Shown here piece after piece: positions 25,429 through 33,180 of a stretch of 34,071 nt of DNA. A program made the translations under genes and the position numbers. Origin of the DNA: an uncultured bacterium (GTDB lineage Bacteria > Actinomycetota > Actinomycetes > S36-B12); the NCBI GenBank assembly GCA_903940375.1, contig CAJAKT010000314.1, positions 1 to 34,071 of the forward strand, given 5' to 3'. Within the stretch, counting starts at the first letter, position 1. Every line of letters starts with the position of its first letter. The notes beneath the pieces were generated by a model. That model was not told the origin of the DNA. It did not search any database and was given only the letters and a program-made list of their open reading frames with translations.

Positions 25429-26854
25429 AGCCCTCAATCGGAAGGGTGAAGCCGAACGTCGACCCCACACCGATTTCGCTCGTGACGAAGACCGCACCGC
25501 CGTGCGCCTCGACGATCGACAGCACGATCGCCAGCCCCAGGCCGCTCCCGCCCCGGACGCGAGTACGCGCATCGTCCGTTCGATACAGCCGTTCGAACAC
25601 GCGTGCGCGTTCGTCCTCCGTGAGCCCGACTCCCCGATCGGTCACGCGGACACGAACCCCGCGAGCAGAGCCATCGATGCCGACGGCGATCGGCGCCTCA
25701 GGCACGGAGTAGCGCATCGCATTGGAGAGAAGGTTGTCCATGACCTGACGAAGTCGCCTGGAATCACCCCTGACGACCGCTGCCTCGTTCGCGAGATCAA
25801 TGATGAATTCCCGGTCGGGCTCAACAGTCTTCGCGGAGGCCACCGCTTCACCCACGACCTGTCGCAGGTCGAGGTCTTCGAGATCCAGCGGCCGGTGCTC
25901 ATCAAGCCGAGCAAGCAGCTGGAGATCGTCGACCAGGCCACCCATGCGTGCGGCCTCGTCCTGGATCCGAGCCAGCGCCACCAATGGATCCTCGGCCGCG
26001 CCCTGCTCGATCAGTTCCGCGTAGCCACGGATGCTGGTGAGCGGCGTGCGCAACTCATGACCGGCGTCGGCCACGAACTGGCGCATTCGCTCCTCGGAGG
26101 CACGGGCCTGACTCTCGGATTCCTGCTGCGCGGCAAAGGAATCCTCAATCCGCGTGACCATGGTGTTGAAGGCCGTCGACAGTTCGTGGACCTCCGCACT
26201 GGCCGCGCCATCCTCCGCAGCGCGAACACTCAGGTCGCCCGCAGTGATCTGCTTCGCCGCATCGGCCATGTCGTCCAGCGGGCGCAGACTCCGCCGAACG
26301 ATGACGTAGCCGACTCCTCCGGCGATGACCACCACCGCCAGCCCGACAAGAACTTGAAGCAGGATGAGCTGCCGCATTGTTGCCTGCATGTCGGCCATCG
26401 AGGCCGCTGCAACTGCCCAGCCCTGATCCCCCACCAGCGGCTTGACGAGGACGCGCCACTCCGGTCCGGCGGCCACCGAACCGACGCTGAACGGCTGGCC
26501 CTGCAGTGCTGCCAGCTCACTGACTGCGGGTACCGCAGGAGCAGGACCCGAGTCGCTCGCAGACGTGCTCAGCACGACCGGCGCACGGCCGTCGGCATAA
26601 AGGAAGGCGAGGTAGAAGCTCGACGGTGGCCGTGGGCCCTGACCCTCCACGGCATTGTCCGGTGGCGGCCCCACGGCCGCCGTCGCGAAGGGCCCCATGC
26701 CTCCCGCCAGCTGCTCATCGACCCGGTCGAACCAGAACCCCCGAAGCGCAGTCGTCGCGATCACGCTGAGGATCACGATCCCCAGGGAGAGCAGGACCAC
26801 GATCACGACGGTGAGCTGCACCCGCAAGCTCCGTCGCGTCACGGCGCCCATCAC
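25415..26854 (-). CDS. Sensor histidine kinase (2 TM, extracytoplasmic loop, HAMP, HisKA, HATPase_c)
   Basis: H-box FVADAGHELRTPLTSIRGY, N-box DNLLSNAMRY, G-boxes DRGVGL and GGSGLGLAIV. ATG 26854 overlaps the RR stop (ATGA). Confidence 0.9.
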   Translation of the reverse strand: MMGAVTRRSLRVQLTVVIVVLLSLGIVILSVIATTALRGFWFDRVDEQLAGGMGPFATAAVGPPPDNAVEGQGPRPPSSFYLAFLYADGRAPVVLSTSASDSGPAPAVPAVSELAALQGQPFSVGSVAAGPEWRVLVKPLVGDQGWAVAAASMADMQATMRQLILLQVLVGLAVVVIAGGVGYVIVRRSLRPLDDMADAAKQITAGDLSVRAAEDGAASAEVHELSTAFNTMVTRIEDSFAAQQESESQARASEERMRQFVADAGHELRTPLTSIRGYAELIEQGAAEDPLVALARIQDEAARMGGLVDDLQLLARLDEHRPLDLEDLDLRQVVGEAVASAKTVEPDREFIIDLANEAAVVRGDSRRLRQVMDNLLSNAMRYSVPEAPIAVGIDGSARGVRVRVTDRGVGLTEDERARVFERLYRTDDARTRVRGGSGLGLAIVLSIVEAHGGAVFVTSEIGVGSTFGFTLPIEGSTTA

Positions 26855-27561
26855 GTCCGGGCCTTCCGCAGGACGTAGCCGACACCCCGAACGGTGTGGA
26901 TCAGCGGCGACGCATCCACGTCCACCTTCCGGCGCAGATAGGAGATGTACGACTCGACCACGTTCATCTCACCGCCGAAGTCGTACTGCCAGACGTGGTC
27001 GAGGATCTGCGCCTTGCTGACGACTGTCTCGGCGTTCTCGACGAGATACGCGAGCAGACGGAACTCCGTCGGCGAGAGCATGATCTCGCGAGCACCGCGG
27101 CTGACCTCGTGGGCAGACTCATCAAGTGTCAGGTCGTCGTACCGCAACACATCGTGGCGTGAGCGCATCTCGTGCTTGCCCGTGCGCTTGAGAACGACAC
27201 GGATGCGGGCAACCACCTCGCTGAGGCTGAAGGGCTTGACGATGTAGTCGTCGCCTCCGATGGTGAGTCCGGTGACGCGGTCATCCACAGCATCCTTGGC
27301 GGTCAGAAAGAGCACCGGGAACTGGTAGCCGTCGGCTCGCAGGCTGCGCACCAGGTCGAAGCCGCTCAGGCCGGGCATCATCACATCGGTGACCATGAGG
27401 TCTGGCTTCATCTCCTTGGCAACCCGAAGGGCCGTCGCTCCGTCGAGGCAGGTGACGACCTCAAAGCCGTGGAATCGCAAACTCGCCTGCAGGAGCTCGA
27501 CGATGTTCGGCTCGTCGTCCACGACCAACAGCCGGGCCTCCGGGGGGTTGATCTGGGTCAC
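26851..27561 (-). CDS. OmpR/PhoB-family response regulator
   Basis: Receiver domain (RLLVVDDEPNI, DLMVTDVMMPG, LTAKD, DDYIVKPF) plus a winged-helix output (LSPTEFRLLAYL...VRGVGYVL). GTG 27561 is the chosen start; the track start 27666 lies in the promoter repeats. Confidence 0.9.
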   Translation of the reverse strand: MTQINPPEARLLVVDDEPNIVELLQASLRFHGFEVVTCLDGATALRVAKEMKPDLMVTDVMMPGLSGFDLVRSLRADGYQFPVLFLTAKDAVDDRVTGLTIGGDDYIVKPFSLSEVVARIRVVLKRTGKHEMRSRHDVLRYDDLTLDESAHEVSRGAREIMLSPTEFRLLAYLVENAETVVSKAQILDHVWQYDFGGEMNVVESYISYLRRKVDVDASPLIHTVRGVGYVLRKART

Positions 27562-27593
27562 AGCACCAGTCTTGCGGGGAAAGCGTGGGGATG

Positions 27594-27680
27594 GCTGTGG
27601 GAACACTGTGAGATTCCTGTGAATCCGGGCGCGGGCAACCTCACAGGTGACCCACACGGCGTTCACAGGGTCGTCACAGG
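27594..27680. promoter_or_regulatory. Array of seven 11-bp-phased TCACAGG-type heptamers in the divergent RR / exporter promoter (candidate response-regulator binding sites)
   Basis: Plus orientation: TCACAGG 27641, cCACAcG 27652, TCACAGG 27663, TCACAGG 27674. Minus orientation, read as CTGTGx on the plus strand: 27595 CTGTGg, 27606 CTGTGA, 27617 CTGTGA. All steps within each half are exactly 11 bp. Confidence 0.6.
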
Positions 27681-27701
27681 TTCATGGAACATCGTGGCGG
27701 C

Positions 27702-29450
27702 ATGAAGCGACGCATCGTGTGGATCAACGTGGGTCTGGCCCTCGTCATCGTGGCGGCCGGCGTCGGCGCCTACTTCCTGCTGTTCGCTCCGAAGGCCGCC
27801 GTCGCCACGGGCCGAACGGTCACCGTCCAGACGGGCACGGTCAGTGAGACCGTCACCGCCACCGGGACCGTCGAAACGGCCGGCACGCTGGAGCTCGCCT
27901 TCACAAGCGGCGGCACCGTGTCGAGCATCCGGGTGGCCGAGGGCGACACGGTCCGCTCGGGCAAGGCACTCGTCAGCCTCAATAGCTCCGCAGCGCGTCA
28001 GTCACTCACCCAGGCACGCGCCTCCTACGTGCAGGCCGTGACGGGTGCCGAGTCGACCACACAGTCCGTCGCCGATGCCACGCAGTCGCTCGCCAGCGCC
28101 CGGACTACGGCGAAGCTGAACAAGACTGGCTACGAGCAGGCCGTCGCACAGGCGAAGACCGCCGTGACGGATGCCCAAGAGGCCTGGTCCGACTCCTGCC
28201 TCGACCCCGCCGGCACCTGCCCATCTTCGGATGCCTGGTCGCAGTTGCGCGCCGCCGAGGCTGATGTGAGCACCGCCAAGACGGCATATGACCAGGCCGT
28301 CCAGAACGCCACACTCGATGAGACGACGAACAATCTCAAGGTGAGCCAGGCGGCCGCCACCGTCACCACCTCGCTGGCCAAGCAGAGCAGCGACTGCTCG
28401 ACGTACGGTTCGACGTCGAATCAGTGCGTTACCGCAAATACGTCAGTCACCAGCGCCCAGCAGCAGTACGCCCTGGCACTCAACGCCCAGACGGTGGCCA
28501 CTGCACAGGGACTGCAGAACCTCGCGAACGCGGATACCAGGATCACCACCGCCAACATTGCGCTGCACAAGCTCCAGACCGGGCTGCCCGCACAGGCTGC
28601 CGACGGCATCACGGCGGCCCAGGATGGCCTTGAGTCGGCACTGCTCGCCCAGACGAAGGGCCTGGCCAACGATCAGGACCTGATCCGCAAGGCCGAGGAG
28701 TCGCTCGCCAGCATCCAGACGACGGCTTCGGCCGTCGACACCGGCAACGGCGCGCAGACGGCCGCGCAGGCCTCGATCGACGTCGCCGAAGCTGGGCTGA
28801 CCATCGCTCGGCAGGCACTGCTCGACACCACCCTGCACGCACCGGTCGCCGGAACCGTCGCAGCGGTCGATGTCACCGCCGATCAGACGGTGCCGGCCGG
28901 CACCACCGTGGTGACCCTTATCCCCCAGGCCGCCTACCAGATTGTTGCCGGCTTCTCGGAGGCCGATGCGACAAAGGTTGCCGTGGGCCAGACCGCGGCC
29001 ATCACCTTTGATGCGCTGGCCGGCGGCACGGCTGCCGGGACGGTGACGGCTGTCGACATCCTGCCGACAGAGGGGGCGAACGTCACGACCTACGGTGTCA
29101 CCATCACCCTCGGCGAGGTTCCCGACGGCCTCAGGGCGGGCATGAGCGCGAGCGTCGTCGTCACCACGGCTGAGGCCGCTGACGTGCTCTGGGCACCCAC
29201 AGCCGCCATCACCACGGCAGGTGGGCAGAGCACCGTGACAGTCCGGGTGAACGGCGTCGACACGGTGACGCCCGTGATCGTCGGGCTTGCCGGAGACTCC
29301 GGCACGCAGATCACCAGCGGCGTCGCCGCGGGTGACCAGCTCGTCGTGACGTCCACCGACTCCGGCTCGTCGGACAGCGGCTTCCCGATGGGCGGCATCC
29401 CCGGTGGCGGATCCGGTGGCCCACCTGGGGTTGGTGGTGGTCCCCAGTGA
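27702..29450 (+). CDS. HlyD/MacA-like periplasmic adaptor (membrane fusion protein) with an extended helical hairpin
   Basis: N-terminal TM (IVWINVGLALVIVAAGVGAYFLLF), lipoyl/barrel segments (GTVSSIRVAEGDTVRSGKALVSL; APVAGTVAAVDV) and a long A/Q/T-rich helical region. The track start 27684 is also possible. Confidence 0.85.
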   Translation: MKRRIVWINVGLALVIVAAGVGAYFLLFAPKAAVATGRTVTVQTGTVSETVTATGTVETAGTLELAFTSGGTVSSIRVAEGDTVRSGKALVSLNSSAARQSLTQARASYVQAVTGAESTTQSVADATQSLASARTTAKLNKTGYEQAVAQAKTAVTDAQEAWSDSCLDPAGTCPSSDAWSQLRAAEADVSTAKTAYDQAVQNATLDETTNNLKVSQAAATVTTSLAKQSSDCSTYGSTSNQCVTANTSVTSAQQQYALALNAQTVATAQGLQNLANADTRITTANIALHKLQTGLPAQAADGITAAQDGLESALLAQTKGLANDQDLIRKAEESLASIQTTASAVDTGNGAQTAAQASIDVAEAGLTIARQALLDTTLHAPVAGTVAAVDVTADQTVPAGTTVVTLIPQAAYQIVAGFSEADATKVAVGQTAAITFDALAGGTAAGTVTAVDILPTEGANVTTYGVTITLGEVPDGLRAGMSASVVVTTAEAADVLWAPTAAITTAGGQSTVTVRVNGVDTVTPVIVGLAGDSGTQITSGVAAGDQLVVTSTDSGSSDSGFPMGGIPGGGSGGPPGVGGGPQ

Positions 29451-30136
29451 CCCCTGTCATCTCCCTTCAGCAGATCACGAAGGTGTACGGCGCAGGCGAG
29501 ACCGAGGTGCAGGCTCTTCGCGGCATCGACCTGACCGTCAACCGCGGCGACTACCTAGCAATCATGGGCGCATCCGGTTCCGGCAAGTCCACGCTGATGA
29601 ACATCATCGGTGCCCTGGACATCGCTTCGTCCGGCCATTACGAACTCGACGGCATCAACATCGACTCCCTCGATGAATCCGCGCTGTCGATCGTGCGCAA
29701 TCGGAAGATCGGGTTCATCTTCCAGTCGTTCAACCTCATCCCCCGCACGACCGCCCTCGCCAACGTGGAACTCCCCTTGCTCTACCGCGGCGTGGGACGC
29801 CGGGAACGCACAACCCGAGCGACGGCGGCGCTCGGTGCCGTCGGTCTCGCCGACCGCACCCACCACGAGCCGAACGAGCTCTCCGGCGGGCAGCAGCAAC
29901 GGGTGGCAGTGGCTCGAGCCCTGGTGGCCGAGCCGTCGCTTCTCCTCGCCGATGAGCCCACCGGCAACCTCGACAGCAGGTCGACGTCCGACGTACTGGA
30001 CCTGATGGACCAGATGCACGCGCAGGGGCGCACGATCGTAATGATCACGCACGAGGACAGCGTCGCCGCCCGTGCCGACCGGATCATCACGCTGATCGAC
30101 GGCCTCATCTCCAGTGATCATCGGACCACGCGATGA
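29447..30136 (+). CDS. MacB/LolD-type ABC transporter ATP-binding protein
   Basis: Walker A GASGSGKST, Q-loop FIFQSFNL, signature LSGGQQQRVAVARAL, Walker B LLLADEPTGNLD. GTG overlaps the adaptor stop (GTGA). Confidence 0.93.
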   Translation: MTPVISLQQITKVYGAGETEVQALRGIDLTVNRGDYLAIMGASGSGKSTLMNIIGALDIASSGHYELDGINIDSLDESALSIVRNRKIGFIFQSFNLIPRTTALANVELPLLYRGVGRRERTTRATAALGAVGLADRTHHEPNELSGGQQQRVAVARALVAEPSLLLADEPTGNLDSRSTSDVLDLMDQMHAQGRTIVMITHEDSVAARADRIITLIDGLISSDHRTTR

Positions 30137-31344
30137 ACATCTACGAAACCCTGAGAATCGGGCTGCGCGGGATCGGCGCCAACCGGCTCCGGTCCGGGCT
30201 CACGGTGCTCGGCATCCTCATCGGTGTCGCGGCGGTCATCATTCTCGTTGCCGTGGGCAACGGGACGACCCAGTCGGTCACGTCGAATCTCGAGAGCCTC
30301 GGAACGAACACGCTCACCGTCCGCCACGGCACGTTCGGTCAGCCCGGTGCGGAGACGCGCACTCAGTTCAAGGACCTCACCGTCGCCGATGCGAAGGCAC
30401 TCATGGATGCGGACGTCGCACCGGATGTCAAGAGCGCGTCACCCGTCGTCACGTCCCAGTCAACGTGCAGTTACGAGGGGACGACACATGCCACCTCGAT
30501 CACGGGGACGTGGCCTTCCTACTTCGAGGCATCAAACTCGAAGGTCAGCACCGGCAACTACTTCATCAACGACGACGTGATCAGCGCTCGTCGCAACATC
30601 GTCATCGGCCAGACCGTCGTCGATGAGCTGTTCGGCGTGGTCGATCCCGTCGGCAAGCAGATCTACTGCGATGGCACGCCCTTCACCGTTGTCGGCGTGC
30701 TCGAGTCCAAGGGCTCCTCGGGCTTCAGTGACGCAGACGACACGGCGATTGCTCCGCTGACGACCGTTCAGAACCACCTCACCGGCTACCGCAGCCTGGA
30801 CTCGGTGCTGGTTCAGTCCTCATCCTCCGAAGTCATGGACTCTGCCCAGTCCGAGGTCTACTCGATTCTGGATGACCGGCACAGCATCACCGACACCACT
30901 GCGCGGGACTACCAGGTTCTGAACCAGGCCACCCTGCTGTCCGCCGTCGAGGAGACGACCTCGCTGCTCACCATCCTGCTCGGCTCCGTCGCCGCCATCA
31001 GCCTGCTGGTGGGAGGCATCGGCATCACGAACATCATGCTGGTCACCGTCACGGAGCGGACGCGCGAGATCGGCATCCGCAAGGCAATCGGCGCGAGCAA
31101 GGGCGCGATCCTCGGACAGTTCCTCGTTGAGGCCACTGTGCTCTCCGTCATCGGTGGAGCCGCCGGCGTGCTGCTGGCACTGATCGTGACTCGCTTCTCC
31201 GTCATGGGCATCACGCCCATCGTCATGCCCGCATCAGTCGCTGCCGCGTTCGGCGTATCGGTCGCCATCGGACTGTTCTTCGGCAGCTACCCAGCCAATC
31301 GAGCCGCATCCCTTCGACCGATCGAGGCGTTGAGACATGAGTGA
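30133..31344 (+). CDS. MacB-type ABC transporter permease (MacB periplasmic core domain + FtsX)
   Basis: The N-terminal RANRLRSGLTVLGILIGVAAVI, a large extracytoplasmic domain, and C-terminal GGIGITNIMLVTVTERTREIGIRKAIGA are FtsX-family hallmarks. ATG overlaps the ATPase stop (ATGA). Confidence 0.92.
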   Translation: MNIYETLRIGLRGIGANRLRSGLTVLGILIGVAAVIILVAVGNGTTQSVTSNLESLGTNTLTVRHGTFGQPGAETRTQFKDLTVADAKALMDADVAPDVKSASPVVTSQSTCSYEGTTHATSITGTWPSYFEASNSKVSTGNYFINDDVISARRNIVIGQTVVDELFGVVDPVGKQIYCDGTPFTVVGVLESKGSSGFSDADDTAIAPLTTVQNHLTGYRSLDSVLVQSSSSEVMDSAQSEVYSILDDRHSITDTTARDYQVLNQATLLSAVEETTSLLTILLGSVAAISLLVGGIGITNIMLVTVTERTREIGIRKAIGASKGAILGQFLVEATVLSVIGGAAGVLLALIVTRFSVMGITPIVMPASVAAAFGVSVAIGLFFGSYPANRAASLRPIEALRHE

Positions 31345-31810
31345 CGAGAACCTCACCAACCTGCTGGCCAGGCGCGAGCATGCCCGCCCGAATCGGATCA
31401 CCTGGGTGCTCCTCACCCTGCTGGTGCTGATGGTCGGCTTCATGGGCGGAGCGGTTGCGACCCAGACGTTCGGCTCCTCGGGCGCGTCAGGCTTCCCCGG
31501 GCCCCTGCCCGCGATGCCCGCGGGCCTATCCGCCCCAGGAGGCGGATCGACTCCCGCCGGCATGACGCTGGGAACGGTCAAGCTGGTCGACGGACGCAAT
31601 CTCTACCTCACCACCGCGGCCGGCGCGACCGTGAAGGTGATCGTGCCCGAGACGGCGTCGGTGACGTCGCAGGCCGACACGGCCCTCACCGACCTCACCA
31701 GCGGCGCCACCGTCATCGTGCGAGGGGAGGCGGCCACCGACGGCACCGTCACCGCCACCTCCGTTTCCGAGGGTGGTCTGCCCGGGTCACCGGCACAAGG
31801 AGCGAACTGA
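31337..31810 (+). CDS. Membrane-anchored beta-rich protein of unknown function (tentatively DUF5666-like)
   Basis: 157 aa: TM (ITWVLLTLLVLMVGFMGGAVA), a Gly/Pro linker, then GTVKLVDGRNLYLTT...ATVKVIV...GATVIVRGEAATDGTVTATSV. It overlaps the permease stop by 8 nt (ATGAGTGA). Confidence 0.7.
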   Translation: MSDENLTNLLARREHARPNRITWVLLTLLVLMVGFMGGAVATQTFGSSGASGFPGPLPAMPAGLSAPGGGSTPAGMTLGTVKLVDGRNLYLTTAAGATVKVIVPETASVTSQADTALTDLTSGATVIVRGEAATDGTVTATSVSEGGLPGSPAQGAN

Positions 31811-32316
31811 TGCGTACGCACACAGCCATGGCCGCGACGACAGGATCCCTGCTGCTCCTGGTCCTCACCGCCTGCGGCACCAGCGAAGCACCCCCTGCTG
31901 CGATCAGCGCCGCACCGGCATCCCTCGCAGCGAGCGGTGTCCCCGGCCCACCCGATATCGGGGCCTACCGCGACTGCATGGCCACCAACGGGGTGACCGT
32001 GCCCGACATGGCGCAGGGTCCTCCGCCGAGCGGCCTCCCCGAGGGCATCGACCAGACGACCTTCGACGCGGCCCAGGCCGCTTGCGCGAGCCTGGCTCCC
32101 CAAGGGGGACCCGGTTCGGGCGCTGGCTCCGGCACCGGTCCCGGTGACATCGACGCCACCGCGCTGGCCGCCTTCGCGAGCTGCCTCTCCGACCACGACG
32201 TGACGCTGGCCAGCGGCGCCGACGCCATCCGTCAGCTCGACCGCACCGACCCGACCGTCAAGGCCGCCATGGATGCCTGCTCCGCACTCCTTCCCGTTCC
32301 GACTCGGTCGCCGTAG
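31810..32316 (+). CDS. Lipoprotein with an internally duplicated two-cysteine module, function unknown
   Basis: Lipobox LLVLTAC|G. Two repeats follow: YRDCMATNGVTVPDM...AAQAACASLAP and FASCLSDHDVTLASG...KAAMDACSALLP. The ATG shares one nt with the upstream TGA. Confidence 0.75.
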   Translation: MRTHTAMAATTGSLLLLVLTACGTSEAPPAAISAAPASLAASGVPGPPDIGAYRDCMATNGVTVPDMAQGPPPSGLPEGIDQTTFDAAQAACASLAPQGGPGSGAGSGTGPGDIDATALAAFASCLSDHDVTLASGADAIRQLDRTDPTVKAAMDACSALLPVPTRSP

Positions 32317-32343
32317 GCTCGATCACCCGACCAAGGAGCCCCT

Positions 32344-33105
32344 ATGCCTGATGCCTTCGTCAACGGCCAGCCCTGCTGGATGGATATCGCCGTTGCTGAC
32401 ACCGAGCAACGCGACGCACTCATGGAGTTCCTCGGCGGCCTCTTCGGGTGGACCTTCGACATCGGTGGACCTGAGACGGGCTACTACACGATGGCGATGC
32501 TCGACGGTCAGCCCGTAGCCGCGCTGATGGCGCAGCCGGAGGGCGTCGGCATGTGGTGCACGTACTTCGCCACCGACGACATCGACGCCTCCGTCGCACG
32601 CATCACCGATGCCGGCGGAGAGGTGTTCATGACTCCGATGCAGGTGATGGATGCCGGCACGATGGCCCTGGCCATGGACCCGACAGGAGCAGTGTTCGGA
32701 CTCTGGCAGGAGGGTGCGTTCGCCGGCTTCGGCTCCTTCTGGCAGCCGAACGCACCGTCCTGGTTCGATCACCAGTCACCCGCGCCAGCTGATGCCTCGT
32801 CGTTCTACGCGAAGGTTCTCGACCTCGACCTGACACCCGCTGGCCCGGAAGGCGGCGGCATGCTGGGTCGCGGCGAGTCGATGTACGCGAGCATCTCCGC
32901 GTCACCTGGCGAGATGCCGCCGTCATGGAACATCGTCATCGCCGTGCCATCACTGTCGGACGCGGAGCAGAAGGCGCGCGATCTGGGCGCCCGCATCGAC
33001 ATGAGCCGCATGGTCGTACCCGGTGGAGTCGCCTCCGCCATCGCAGACCCGGTCGTCGGGTCGACCCTCATCATCTTCGAGAGCCCCGGCCTGTCCACCA
33101 ACTAG
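32344..33105 (+). CDS. Two-domain VOC (glyoxalase/bleomycin-resistance/dioxygenase) superfamily protein
   Basis: PCWMDIAV...FGWTF...YFATDDIDASVARITDAGGEVFMTPMQV...GAVFGLWQ is repeated in a second half (WNIVIAV...ARIDMSRMVVPG). AAGGAG lies upstream. Confidence 0.85.
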   Translation: MPDAFVNGQPCWMDIAVADTEQRDALMEFLGGLFGWTFDIGGPETGYYTMAMLDGQPVAALMAQPEGVGMWCTYFATDDIDASVARITDAGGEVFMTPMQVMDAGTMALAMDPTGAVFGLWQEGAFAGFGSFWQPNAPSWFDHQSPAPADASSFYAKVLDLDLTPAGPEGGGMLGRGESMYASISASPGEMPPSWNIVIAVPSLSDAEQKARDLGARIDMSRMVVPGGVASAIADPVVGSTLIIFESPGLSTN

Positions 33106-33180
33106 TCCTGCTCCGCCGAGTGGTCGCTATACGGCCACCAGCGGCGTTCGGGTCATGTCGACGCGCTCCGCGTCCGTCCA

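Noticed and set aside
24757-25572. 272-codon N-terminal extension of the cystathionine gamma-lyase ORF (657 aa) and the 236-codon extension of the msrA ORF from 24067
   Set aside because: The extensions are reciprocal antisense shadows. Both enzymes have canonical N-termini at 24756 and 24775.
25217-26878. 553-aa plus-strand ORF. Similar long ORFs lie at 16607-17899(+), 18561-19553(-), 12394-13494(-), 14245-15147(-), 7016-8182(+), 7923-8651(-), 4846-5706(-) and 29555-30121(-)
   Set aside because: All lie antisense or out of frame to genes with clear family motifs. They have an Arg/Pro/Gly-skewed composition and no motifs, as expected for stop-codon-poor alternative frames in roughly 70% GC DNA.
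33160-33174. Small hairpin gacgcg-ctc-cgcgtc between VOC and cbs as a terminator
   Set aside because: It has only a 6-bp stem with a 3-nt loop and no U-tract, so it is indistinguishable from chance in GC-rich DNA.
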